From the NCBI GenBank assembly GCA_051530055.1, contig CM121341.1, forward strand, positions 12,254,784 to 12,318,783: a DNA stretch of 64,000 bases, in the 5' to 3' direction. The notes under the pieces were generated by a model. That model had not been told where the DNA came from. It saw only the letters and a list, made by a program, of their open reading frames with translations, and did no database searches. Below are positions 23,940 to 36,960 of the stretch, piece after piece; the first letter of the stretch is position 1, and the number at the start of each line of letters is the position of its first letter. The stretch is from Neoechinorhynchus agilis. Lineage: Eukaryota; Animalia; Acanthocephala. Made by a program: the position numbers and the translations under genes.

Positions 23940-26373
23940 CGAGCACAGAAATTGTATCGGTTAGACGCGATCATATCTCGGTTCAGTTTATTTATCAACC
24001 GTTCGAGTCACCCTGTTCATATACTAAACTAAAAGTTGATTTTATTGAAGTTATGACAAACCAATAATAAAAATCGTATTAAGTTTCAAAGTAAATTTGA
24101 TTGTAAATAGCGGCATTCGAGTAGTCGAATAATTTGACGGGAAAATTGATTTATAAAAGGCAAAATATCGCCAAATTCTTATGTAAGTTCATTTAAATGC
24201 TCAATACGTCGCAAATAGGACACATTCGAAACAGAAAATCGGCACTGATTTGTTGCCTTTTCTCAAGTCTACTTTTCATCGTCAATAGAAGTATTTAAGT
24301 TTTATTTTTGAATTGACACTTGGACGGGCAAAACAAAAGTTGATTAATCATACGGGTGAAAAATCAAGTAGCATTTCAATAGATAATCCAGGTATGATCA
24401 AAGAGTCGCGAATCTAATCTTTTTTAAATGTATTTTTTCAGAAATCAGCTGATTTTATTCTACTTATTCAAAAAAAACATTTAGAAGTTCCTGGAACGAA
24501 AGCGATACGCCAGCCTCTGTGGGCATCACACAAAAGCTTCACAAGAAGCACTTGTTCAGAATCTTCGACCTGGCGGATACAGAGTTGTAGATGGATTCGG
24601 AAGTGCAACTGGCACTGTTCATCCGCGAAATTGTTGCAGTGAATGCAGATTTTTTGTTAACGACACAATGATTCAGTCAATCGAAAATTTAACCACCAAT
24701 TTTCTAAATGCAGGCGAAGTCTTGCTACAGCCTACATGTAAACCCAATGATGTCTGAGCAACTTATAATTTTTTAAAGAATAAATTTTTTGAATGACGAA
24801 TAGAGAACGTAGTATTTTGAACTTATTAAAGTCTACTAGAAATCCTTTACCGGAATTCCAAAATATTTACGACTGTTGCAAAAATGAGACTTTGATCGAT
24901 TAGACCAAGTATTTCACTGCAGTTTCAGTTTAATAAACACTTAAATGTAAGCTATGACTTGATGTAGATAGTGTATTTTGCACCTAAGCGCTTAGAGCAA
25001 TCTGAGCTTTAGTTCAAAATGGTTTTTAGATTTTATCATTCACTTCTTGTCTTTAGCTTTTACAGTATTTCTCGCACATTTTAGAGGTGACGTCATGTCA
25101 TTAAGTTCGACCACTGTTAAATTCCGGGTTCCAGGAAGGAAAATCATTCCTTTAAGAATGACGATCAGTTTGCTACCTGGGATGGTATACTTTAGAAGTG
25201 GACTTAGTCCATTAACCAGTAGCCTAATTGTAAAAACTAAGCTGGAAAAGTTTGGGAACGTGGACCCAAACAAGTGCGAGATCTAAGGTGACAGCAAATT
25301 TGCGTAAATGATGACTGAAAACATTAATGTTGATTGTTCCTAAAGTAGTCACGGTCATCATAAAAAAATCCCAGTATTAACGTTTGATAAATTTAGCGAT
25401 TTTGCAAGAGCACACAAAACAAAGCAGGCGGAATTTCGGCCAATTTACTCATCAGAAAGTTGCCGTGTTTGTCCGACTGATGTTAAAATATAGCAGCAAA
25501 TTGGAGTGTAGATTAACGTTGGTGATAGAAGTGAGCTCATGATTGACTCCTTCGAGAAGATATCCAACGGATGTTCACAATCGTCACATTTCTTTTTTGT
25601 TAACAGAGGATTACTTGCTGAAAAAGCTTCCATAATCCTAGGAGTCCGTTGATTCTGCAAGCTTTTAACAAGTACGATTTTAGGGCTTTATTCTTTCCTT
25701 TTACATGTAACCAATTTTCGGTAATCAATTGAACCTTGGCTTAACATGAAGTTATACATGGAAAAAATTGAAACCTATTAAACAAGAACTTTCTGTTAGT
25801 GTCCACAAATATATATTAGACTTATTAAAGCAAATGAATGGAATTACGAATCCATTTCTAATAATGAATACAGTACGCCATGAGACTACAAAAACGCGAT
25901 CGACAATGACCATGCAATTTCATTTGCTATCCGCAGTGGAGTCTATGAACAGGAGCGAATGTTTCAGATATAAGTACCGTCGACGTTAGGGCACAGATTT
26001 GAAATTACCTTTTACACGTAAATGGATTTAAAAACGCGAAACAAAAATCTGGACGCCGCAGCCAACATTGTGCTGTAGACGAAACCTTTTTCTCTAACTC
26101 ATCTCCTAAATACGATTATCACACCAGCGGCATTACCAGCAAAAATGTGTTAAAGCAACAAATCACCGTTGCGCTTAATTTTTTGCCTTTAATTTGAGTC
26201 AGTGATTTGTACGCTCAACAAGTCACATTGCGGTAAAATGAACGTTCAAGTTACATTCAATTGCTCTTTGGTTGCGATTCAATATGTTTTTCAGATGTAT
26301 ATCAACTCGGCTCTATAAACGTTTAAAAATATGACTCATATGCCTTGACCCTGTCACTTTAATTATTTGAGAA

Positions 26374-27867
26374 CAGTCAAATCCGATTAATTGGACCACA
26401 GTTGCCTATTACGACCGAATTCTAAAGAACCAAAACAAATGTATTTAGTTGAGCGTAATATTATTCGTTTATTCGGACCGAAATTTCGTTTAATCGGACC
26501 ACAAACACTGAAGTCACAAGTCGGCTGCATATTCCCCAAGCTTTGAGTAGCGGCATTTTTTTATGACCCCGAAACACCAAGGTTTCTTGCGAACGTTTTT
26601 GACAGTGAACTGTGTGCGTCTTGTTTCCTCTGTCAAAATGCCACGATGGAACTTGACGATAGCTGAAAAGATTGTTTTCCTGGATAAGATCAAGCGACGG
26701 CCTCGAAACACAAGTCAGCGTCGGTCGTTGGGAATTACCGGATTGTTGAAGGACGGAAACGTGAAAGTGAGGATCTAGATGAAGTCCTTACTGAGAATGG
26801 GTTGTCTGTTAAAATGCAAATCAGAACTTGGTTAAAAAGTTGAGCTACGAGAGTTGGTTGTCTCGTTGGAAATCTAGACATGACATAAAATTCAAGGGCG
26901 ACAAGAAAATTGATGATAGTGGAGGTGCTAAAGTAAAAGAAATCAACAAAGCTGCCAGGGCTTCTTGAGAAGTATCCAGCGGTCGTGCTTATCACCGTTT
27001 GGCTCGTCGATTTTGCAAATAATTTACGCTCAGAAAAATGTTAGAAACAGCAAGAGGAAGCTGTTGTTTGTTGAGCGGAAAAACACCAAGCCTCGCTGCT
27101 ATCAGTTGTGTATCTTGAGATGATAGAAATGTATGCATGACATCTAAACTTTTTAAAGAATTACTGAAAAATTGGGACAACGATTTACAAAGTCAATCGA
27201 GAAAAGTGCCACTACTTCTTGACAATTGTATGACCTAGGAATACAGCTTCGGTGCCACCAATGGACATCATAAAAACTGTGAAAAATTTTTATCGTGCAG
27301 GATTGATTATTTACGTCCTTGAAGCATTTGAAGAAAGCTTGCTGACTTCGTCCTCAATAGCCGACGAGCATTTACATTTGTGACCAATAATTGGCGAAAA
27401 GTGAGCAGCAGTGAGCTGGTTTTAAGCACTTCGTTTCTTAAATTTATGTGGAGGTGCCCATTAAAAATGAAAATGATGACGGATCCAATTAATTTTTATC
27501 CATCGAAAACGAATTTCAATGCTACGATGTTGCAATCATTGCTAGAGTTGGCCTCTATAATTTGGTACGAGTGACAATGCGAAGAAATGCATTGAAACTT
27601 TATGCCGATATTTCAGGAAGGAGTGTAATGAAGCGTTAAATGCTTGTGGCGACTTCGTTCAAGTGCGATCCGTCAACCGAGCATTTGAGACCGAATTGGA
27701 TTTCTTCAAAAACGTTGACTTTGCTTCGGTAAGAACATTTAAAAATTGTGCTTCGTGTGCTCTAAATTAATTTCTAAACAAATGTTCGATTGTAGTTTTA
27801 GTTCGTATGTTATTAGGACTAAAATTATGGCTTCTCGGTGTGGTCCGATTAACCCCGGAATCGATTG
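26374..27867 (+). mobile_element. Degenerate, internally deleted pogo/Tigger-like DNA transposon
   Basis: HTH-like LTIAEKIVFLDKIK; DDE-region WDNDLQSQSRKVPLLLDNC and IIKTVKNFYR; imperfect TIRs cagtcaaatccgattaattggaccac / gtggtccgattaaccccggaatcgattg. Confidence 0.7.
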
Positions 27868-28371
27868 TCATGGAAAATAAACCTATTAATCACGATTAAG
27901 CCCTCCTCATGTAAACTTTGACAAACAACACGATTTTCTATTGCTAAGCCAATTCTGTCACTTTTTGAGTTCATTACAAAATTCATATTTGTATACGAAA
28001 GCAATTTTAATCTTTACGACCAGGTTCTAAATTCGAGATAAGAGAAAGTTAAAGGTTGTTTTTCGCAGAGTTCGTTAAATTTCTTCATTTTTTTCGTAGT
28101 ATAAAAATGAAAACTCTAAACTGATGCCTGAATAATTGGCAGCTTGAAATTGAAAAGTAGAAAGTTTTCAAATATTCTATTTATCACAGCCGCATATACT
28201 ATAAAGTCAAACGGTTCGGATCCTTCCATCCGTCACTCAAAGAATTAACAAAAAATCCGATTATGCTAAAATAAGTTTAAAAATATAAATTTTGTTAGCA
28301 CTTAAAAACAAGATTTTAGCATGAATTCCAATTTAAAAATCTTACTGACAGGATGAATTTAATGCATATGA

Positions 28372-28764
28372 TCACTTTTCATCATCTTTTATAAGCATAT
28401 TGGGAATGCTGTCTTTGATTGGAAACACCCTTCCGGATTCCGGGCAAACTAATTCGCCCTCCACAATATCCACATTGAACAACAACCTGTGAACAGCCGT
28501 TAGAAACTGCTCATCTTCCAATTTGTCTCCTTGTGGAACCTCATCCCAAGCAATTCCATCATCCTCTTTTATCAGCTCAAGTCCACGTGCCGCACTGATA
28601 AACACCTTCCAATCCAACCGGTCAATCATCCGCCTTACTAATCGCGAACTATAGTTCTTAGAATCAGTTTCAATGACTTTTGTAGCTTTAATCAACAATG
28701 GATAACCCTCTTTTACATTCTTCAAGAAACTTGAGGTTAACATGTTGTGAGTTACTAGACGCAT
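28372..28764 (-). CDS. TRMT112: Multifunctional methyltransferase subunit TRM112 (single exon)
   Basis: MRLVTHNMLTS...GYPL...EGELVCPESGRVFPIKDSIPNML, the Trm112 signature; 130 aa. Confidence 0.95.
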   Translation of the reverse strand: MRLVTHNMLTSSFLKNVKEGYPLLIKATKVIETDSKNYSSRLVRRMIDRLDWKVFISAARGLELIKEDDGIAWDEVPQGDKLEDEQFLTAVHRLLFNVDIVEGELVCPESGRVFPIKDSIPNMLIKDDEK

Positions 28765-30389
28765 CTTTTAAATTTTGAAATTATACCCCATAAATGGAAT
28801 CCTAGTAAAAATATCATGCTTTCTTCCGGCATCAACTACGTTAACAATCAATATTGTCTTGCACATTCCGATGAATCAAGTGTTCTTTTTTATTGACACT
28901 TAGACGGGTTGTTGTAATGATAAAGAAAAATTTTTGATTTGATCGTCGCCACTTCACCGGCTCCCGAAATTGTAATGGGCAATTTGTTCTTTAGCAATCG
29001 TATTCGGGCAAATGAAGTTAAACGGAACAGTTGATGAGTCGTCCGGTTTTTCCAGTCATATCTTCAAAAACCAATTTTCTCGAGGATGGAATGCCTCCTT
29101 ACGTTTTGGAGTATTCACTAAGCTGTGACGATTGGACTGGGTATCGTTTTAAGACAATCGAGTTCCGTGGTTTCCACTGCACCCAACTTGCATTTCGCAA
29201 GGATTGAGCAAAACACGCCGAAGCGAGACCAGAAGAGCGGTCATCCATTTGAGTACCAATCGACGAGATTGGTAAAGCGTAAAGAAAAGCACAGGGGTAG
29301 ACGTGATCGCCCTTTGTGGTTGGCACAAGAACCAAGGAAGTTTCGTAATAACGTTTTTGTATTGATTTATCAGTTGGGACAGTCAGTTGGATATCCCTAC
29401 TTCAGTTTTAAAGGATTTGTCATCAATTTCCGATCGGTCCGAGGGAAATGCCGGTAAAATTAGAGCGGTGAAACGGTTTGTTCGGGACACGAATCATCCA
29501 AAGACTGGGATTGTTATTTCTGTCGCGTGTAGAACACCAAAAGGTCCCAAGTAAATTGGGAGCGATGCTTAACGCCACAATGAGTCGAAAAGTTTAACAT
29601 TCGAAATTCCGGTTATTATGGAGCGGATTTCGTCGCCGAACGTGACAAGAGTTTCGATTTGAAAGCACGGTACATAGTGAAGGAGGAAATTCGTTTTCGG
29701 TACGACAAGGCAGTGTTGAATAAACTTTTTTCTTTCACTCTTAAACAATGCATTTTTGCTGCCTTCATGTTGCAGCAACTTCGAAACCTTTTCCAGAAAA
29801 TGAAAAGGTATTCCTTTTATGAATAAACAGGAAGTCTAACTACCTCGCCGAAGAGATCACAAAAAATCGCGAGCCTTCATGAAATCATGACTTTGTGCAT
29901 TAATTGCGTACGATTAAATGCAAAGAAAACTATGTAAGACATTAAAAATGCGAGTTCTAGCTCTAATCTTGACTTTTGTAGTTCTAATAGCAATGTTAAG
30001 AAATCTGCGGAACTTACTAGTCAATTTCGTGGCTTGCGAACCCGAAGTAGCGCATCCTATTGAGAACGTTCGACAAGGTCCTCCCGAGGAAACACAGCTT
30101 TGATGGCAACAACCTCGCAAAGGACCACCTTTCGTGTATACACGTCCAAGGTTGATAGCAATTTGTCAATTCTGTTGGTTAAATAGAACGTGATCCTCAA
30201 AGGTGATCCAGAATTCTTGGAAGAAGATTATGCCGCGAGAAGGCTACAGAACAGCGGACCCTGACAGATTGGGACTCCGGTGATTGCCGCTGTGCAGTCA
30301 ACTTATAAAAACTATGGATCTGAAATCACGCAGTCAGATACAAGTTCCCGGGTGGGCTTAAAGGCAAACCCAAATATAAAGGGCAAATG

Positions 30390-32030
30390 TTAAGAGAATC
30401 AAACTGGACCAACATAGCAGAAGACTTCAATACATCGAGATTAACATGCAGAGGCGCACTAACGAAAAAATTGAGAATCAGCACTCAACATGTCCCCCGT
30501 TTCCTCGTCTTCATTGTCCCAGAATTCTTCGCTCTAGAATTGGCAGAGTTTCTCATCTACGGATTTATAATAAAATGCCTAAACCAACTCCTAGAATCGA
30601 GGGAAGCCAAAGACGGCTAGGAAATAATATTTTAGAAATTCATTAGATTTCCATCCGCGACCCACCATGGATAAAAGCAATCTTCTAAGGCCCACCGCAA
30701 TAGCCGCCCAGACTTCCCCGTTTACAATTAGCTCTAACTAACATACTTATCGCTCGCAAAAACTTTTTTCCTCCAAAATTCATTAAGGTGGCAATTCAAC
30801 ATGGTGTCTACGCAAACATTATCCCTTCCCTAATTTGACCTCTTCTGAATTAAAACAGGTTCTAGACTCCATCAATCAAAAACTCTGCCCTGGCTCAATT
30901 TACAATCACTGCTCCACATCCGACACCACACAATCTTTCACGCCCACATCTGAAACTTTTGTCAACTCGCTGATACTCCCCTTAGTTTCGTCATACGAAG
31001 TACTACAACATCTCAAGAAGTTACCGCGAAATTCGCCTTTCAATCCGAAATTTTATACTGGGCTCTTAGCTACATGGTCCCCGAACTCATCGACCCTCTT
31101 ACCCACATTATAAATCACAGCTTTTTATATGGCATCTACCCCTCATGCCTAAAACTGCTAAAGTTATCCTTCTTCCGAAAAATGGATATCCGATTACCAC
31201 CGAATTATTCCGTCCAATATCCATTCTACCCGTTCTTTCAAAAATCATCGAAAAATGTTTTAAATCTCGCCTTCTTTCACTTCTCAACGACAAGTAATTC
31301 GGCTTCAGGCCCAAATTTTCTGCAACCCATGTCCTATTCTGCATTTATGACACGATCCTGCATAACCTTGACAATAATCCCTCTCACGTCACCCGTCTCA
31401 TTCAACTTGATTTATCTAAAGCTTTCGACTCAGTTGACCATTCACTCATTCTTCGGTCCTCCTCCGATTTTGGTCTCAACTTGTGGCAGATTCGCTGGCT
31501 CGGATCCTATCATCACAATCGCAAACAATAAATTCACTGCCGTTCTACCTTCATCAGCCTATCCCTCACCAAAGGCGTATCTCAAGGTGCTCTACTGCCA
31601 CCACTTCTCTTTAATATTTTCCTAAACGATCTCAAACCTCTCCTCCTCAAACGTCTACGACATTTAGGAATCCCTTCACTTGATCTCTACAAATTTAACT
31701 TCAGTTTAATTTTACCCTCCCCCACCTACGGTTATCCCGTCTTCTGCAACCTATCAAAAAATAAGAGCCGCCGTCTTGAAATGTTTCATAAAAGCGCATC
31801 TAAAATTTGCACAGCTGACTTCCCCCTCTCACCGAATGCCTTGATGTTATTTTGATAAAACAATCAAAACGCCTCTCCACCCTACCACCATAATTTTTTC
31901 CACGTATCGCCCCCTTTTCACACGAGCACAACACTCTTAATCCTAATTCGTTTCATCTTCCTTCTACCTCGCACCTCTTTATACTTACGATCCTTTTTCC
32001 ATGCTGCACAATCTTCTCGGATATCATAAC
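30390..32030 (+). mobile_element. CR1/L2-type LINE RT relic (frameshifted, catalytic YADD region deleted)
   Basis: DPPWI, PLTHIINHSF, RPISILPVLSKIIEK, FGFRP, DLSKAFDSVDH, GVSQG..LFNIFLND read across frames. Confidence 0.85.
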
Positions 32031-32882
32031 CTGAAATGAACCTGAGGAAAAACCAATCTTACAAGCGCTCATGCAAACAATAACCACCAATTCCCACCAG
32101 AACCCAAACGAATATTCTCAAACGAACGGGCTCGTAATCCACTCCAAAATCAATAGCCAGATTCATTTTCGAATCAGAACTCGAATGATTATGATGACAA
32201 AATGTACATGGGTCCTGTTCGTTGTACATCAACAAATAAAACGTGATATTATTATAACTTTCACTTAATACTCCACGAGATTGTCATTTTTTAGCATTTC
32301 GGTGTGAAATCTAACTTTTTTCGATGGCGAATTTATTATTTAGAACGAGAAACAAAAAGTCACATGTAAAAGACTTGGAAAGTCTTGCATTTAGGGTACG
32401 GAACATATGCATTACTTTTGGAAGAAAAATGACATCTAAGGTGAAAAGACTAGAGCCACATTATGATTTCCAGCGAACTTAAGAACTGGGCGAGGGATCG
32501 TTAAAGACGAATGTATATATTTCGATTGATTTAATAAGTCATTATTAATTCAAATTATTAGTACGTTTTACACAATGTATGCAACCTAATGATCACTTTA
32601 AATAATTTGGGCAAATCGCATACTTATGAAAGGTTGAAGTAACACGTTTTTATAATATTGTTCCTCGTGAAAATCGAAACGATCCTTCTCGTGTGTCGAC
32701 AAGGACGGACCAAAATAACAACATATCTAACAACCCGAATGCAATCCTAAAAGCCAATGTAATAGAAGTGTTATAAAAAATTTGAAATCAGTGTGAATAT
32801 TTGGATCAATCAACTTCTAATGTAAAGATCGTTTTTAAAGCCAACCTGTTAAATTTATTTGTCGTTCTTCGACTACACTTCC

Positions 32883-33680
32883 TCATTCTGCTTCAGCAAA
32901 GCTATTGAGATGTTGTTCGGTTTCTTGTTCGTTTAATATTCTAAATCGTGGATTATTTTTGGACACAATACCGATCTCAATATCCCATGGTTTAAAATCT
33001 GAAGCGAGTACTTCAGCAAGGACCGATATTGCAGTTCGAATCGTTTCATCTTCACTCAAAAGCTTATCGCGTCCACATTTTCTTTCCAAAATGGTATTAG
33101 CTTCCAATCTCTTCACACCAGCACTCGTGGCATAGAATCCAGTATAATAGCCAGCTGGATCTGTTTTAAACAATTGAGGACCACGTTCAGGATCCAATCC
33201 TATTAAAATCATACTACACCCCAGCGGTCTCATCATTGCTTCTTGAGTGTATACCTGATTGATATCGGCAATACGACGACACAATTGATCGACACTAATT
33301 TCCTGACCGTTGTTGTATTTCCATTTAAATCAAAACTCTATTTGGATAAAAACGAAACTAAAGTTCAAACGGAGTTTTAACTTAGCAGCTTCACTTCGTG
33401 CTCGGGCTACTTGACTTCTTGAATCGGCTATCAGACCAGTCATTACGCATCCGATATATTGAGTGAGCTTGAACATATGAGTGACACTGCTCTTATCCAT
33501 TAGAGTGTCCGGAACTTTACGCTGGGTTATGATCACGCAACAGTCCTTGCCTCGGACGCCGAGAGAAGTGAAACCAGCTTGGTTGACAGCTTTAAAGGCG
33601 TATTCCACTTGATAGATACGTCCTTCAGGAGAAAAAATAGTTATATCCCGATCAAAACCCGCACTTTGAGCCCGAGACAT
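32883..33680 (-). CDS. PSMA6: Proteasome subunit alpha type-6 (2 exons; 57-nt intron ~33325-33381)
   Basis: [31 protein letters not shown]...ARSEAAK|[20 protein letters not shown]...DPAGYY; colinear with alpha-6 over its full length. Confidence 0.95.
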
Positions 33681-33857
33681 ACTTGTTAAATAAGCGAAAC
33701 GAATGTAGTGGAACTTTCGATGAGAAATGAAACAGTGAATTTCTTTCTTATATTCCGGCGTAGCGCTTTATACACGAGTTTTATGACAATGAATTCGCCG
33801 GATTAAAACGGTACAATTCTTTAGAATCCAGTGGTCTACTTGGGATCCTCATAAGTC

Positions 33858-34880
33858 ATCAACTTTTTCTTTTAAATGGACACTTGAACGGACTGTTGTA
33901 ATGACAAAAAGAAAAATCTTTGAGCTTTCGCCGTCTTATTACTTCTTCAGAACTTGTTTGCTGAGGAAAGTTCAAGTAACGGTTTTTTTTGCCACAAATC
34001 AACGGGTTGTGAAATTCGATATCAGTCAAACGACCGAAATTAAACAAATTGAGCAAAACGGCGGTTCATTAAATCGTGTTAAATACTAATTCATTTTTAG
34101 CCCCATAATTGATCAACTTTTTCTTTTAAATGGACACTTGAACGGGCTGTTGTAATGACAAAAATAAAAATCTTTGAGCTTTCGTCGTCTTATGACTTCT
34201 TCAGGAATTGTTCGCTGAGGTTCAAGTAACGGTTTTTTGCCACAAATCACCGGGTTGTGAAATTCGATATAATTCAAACGACCGAAATTAAACAAATTGA
34301 GCAAAACGACAGTTCATTTAATCGTGCAAAATACTAATTAATTTTTAGCCCCATAATTGATCAACTTTTTCTTTTAGATGGACACTTGAACGGGCTGTTG
34401 TAATGACAAAAATAAAAAATTTTGAGCTTTCGCCGTCTTATGACTTCTTCAGGAATTGTTTGCTGAGGTTAAAGTAACGGTTTTTTTGCCACAAATCACC
34501 AGGTTGTGAAATTCGATATCATTCAAACGACCGAAATTAAACAAATTGAGCAAAACGACAGTTCATTAAATCGTGTAAATACTAATTAATTTTTAGCCCC
34601 ATAATTGATCAATTTTTTCTTTTAAATGGACACTTGAACGGGCTGTTGTAATGACAAAAAGAAAAATCTTTGAGCTTTCGCCGTCTTATGACTTCTTCAG
34701 GAATTGTTTGCTGAGGAAAGTTCAAGTAACCGTTTTTTGCCACAAATCACCGGGTTGTGAAATTCGATATCATTCAAACGACCGAAATTAAACAAATTGA
34801 GCAAAACGACAGTTCATTAAATCGTGTTAAATACTAATTAATTTTTAGCCCCATAATTGATCAACTTTTTCTTTTAGATG
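33858..34880 (-). repeat. Tandem array of 4.1 x ~250 bp units, each with a hammerhead-like core (family 2)
   Basis: Unit starts at 33858, 34112, 34360, 34608 and 34860. CTGAAGA-A-G..C-GAAA-GCTC on the minus strand at 33922-33950, 34176-34204, 34424-34452 and 34672-34700. Confidence 0.9.
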
Positions 34881-35227
34881 AACCAAAATCTCACAACATT
34901 TTTAATTTTCGATGTAATACTCGAACATACACAAAAGAAATAAAGCAAGGAAATAAGCAATTTTTTAGAAGAAATCTGACTTTGAATGTAAAGGTTAATT
35001 ATAATTTAAGTTACAAAATCAACCTACAAACTTCTTATATTGTATTTAATAGACGAAAATAGTTTCTGTGATTTATTACAAACATGAAAACCATCGATAA
35101 TCTTTTTTCTGAAATCGCTTTTCGTTGATGCATTAATTTAAGGAATAATGCAAATTTTAAAAGGGTTCAAAATGACGATTGACGAGGAGGTAACGGAATA
35201 TATGATTAGAAATTTTATTTTTTGCAC

Positions 35228-35352
35228 GGGTTCATCATCAGTTTGTTTTGGTGTCTTTTTTATAACGAACAAACTAACTATGAACTTGACGAGGTTCGAA
35301 ACTTATACAGTGCAACAACATAAATATTTACCGGGCGAAGACTTCTAAATAA
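35228..35352. mobile_element. Degenerate palindromic double-hammerhead element (family 1)
   Basis: gggttcatcatcagtttgtt ... aacaaactaactatgaacttgacgaggttcgaaac, plus the flank aaatatttaccgggcgaagacttctaaa shared with 14137-14303. Confidence 0.6.
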
Positions 35353-35640
35353 CACTTCTTTAAAAAAGTTTACTAAATGCATCTTGTTCCCCGTTCCCAT
35401 CGGAACTTTTATAAATTAAAAAATAGCGTCTAAGAAATGAACATACTAAATTTTCAAAACTTTAGCTCAAATATTCATCTTAATATCAATGCGAAATAAA
35501 GATAATTTTTATGTTATTTGTCTTATTAAGGACTGTCTTTTTTTATTCTGAAGGTATTAATCCGTCAGTAGTTTCCTTTCGTCAGCCAAATCATTCGTCA
35601 TGGATTACAACGCGAACGTAGCTTATACCGTCGACGTGGA

Positions 35641-36617
35641 ATGAAGGTTAAAATGAAGGTTGGCAGCAGCGGCGGGTGTTCTCAATTTCTTAACAGCATT
35701 GCCTCTGACGATGTATTTAAGCAATGTTCAGAGTTTAGGTTTGTTTGGGGGTAATTTACGACCAACATAGTTGTCGGTTATTTTCCAGCACACCAGGAAT
35801 CGAAATAGGAGAAGAACTTAGTTACAATCCTTTAACACCGCCGTTGAGAAGAGATACATCCACTGCAACTGCTGAACAATGTGAAGTGATAAAAAATCCA
35901 TTCGGTTGCATTCGTTTGTCTCCTAGTCAGACAAAACTGGGAGAGAAATCCCAAAAAGTGAACTCCGACTTTAACGCGGACATTCATGATAAATGTGAGG
36001 AAGTTTATGATGTACTTGAGACCATAAAAAGAAAAGTCAGGAGGACTTTTGTCAGCATTAAGGACGAAAGTGGAAAACTAAGGTGTTTTTGATTTTTTAT
36101 TCCTTGTAAAAAATCAAATCCAAGTAATTGATAGGTACTTGTCCAATGAACATATCTTCGAAGAAGACATGCGTAGTATTTCTTTTAATAAACAAACCAA
36201 TCAATCGATCGCTTATGGCAGTTGGGATGATGACGACTTCTATTATCCGGCCAAGATTATAACGAAAATGCCAAATAATCAGTTCGAACTGCTCTGTGAC
36301 GACGGCTTCAAACGAACGATCGACAGTAATCGTATTATTGAATTTTCATTTTTAAAGTCAGGAACTCGTCTAATGGCTCAGATCCGTAAAAATGTTTTCA
36401 TGCCCGGTGAAGTAATCGATATGGTTACGGACAATCAGGTTCAGATACGTTTAGATAACGGTGTTGAACAGTTATTTAAGCATTCTGATATTTTGTTCAG
36501 CCCTGATCAAGCGGAACTGCTGAATGGGTCGCATGAACAAGATAATATTTCCTATTAAGGCACCTAATAAGTAGCGGGAGTTTGAGTTTGGACGATGATT
36601 GTATTAAGAGATCATGA
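35641..36617 (+). CDS. Short 53BP1-like tandem-Tudor protein (inferred 4 exons)
   Basis: AYGSWDDDDFYYPAKII..FELLCDDGF..ILFSPDQAELL parallels 53BP1 VAKWSSNGYFYSGKI..YKLLFDDGY..VILSLEQGNRL. Canonical introns link the ORFs; the last exon is tentative. Confidence 0.65.
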
Positions 36618-36960
36618 ACCCCTTTTAAGGAAATGTATAAAAATGAGACTCGTAAGGTAGTTAGAAGGGTTTGAATTTTGATGCTCTAATGTATGAAATC
36701 CGCGATGTGCTGTCTTGTTTTGTCTTGAATCGGTGAGGAGTCTTCTCATCGCAGCCATGGGATTGAGTACTATGTAGCACGACAAGTGAAAAAGTTAGTT
36801 ATATTTGTTCAATAGGTTATAGATGCGACTATTCAAGTTTTTAGTTTTCCTTAATTCTAAGATAAAGGCTTTGATGATCACGATTTCATTAAATATCGCT
36901 TGGTCATTTAGTCACTGAAATCGAAGAACAACGAATAGGCTCACTTTCTTTTCGTTTCAG

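Noticed and set aside
29569-29778. VVPKTNFLLHY resembling a CACTA/EnSpm transposase motif
   Set aside because: Single short motif with no TIRs or further domains.
33858-34880. CRISPR-like or coding repeat
   Set aside because: Whole units are repeated with no unique spacers, the context is eukaryotic, and the ORFs at 33859 and 34113 are by-products of the repeat.
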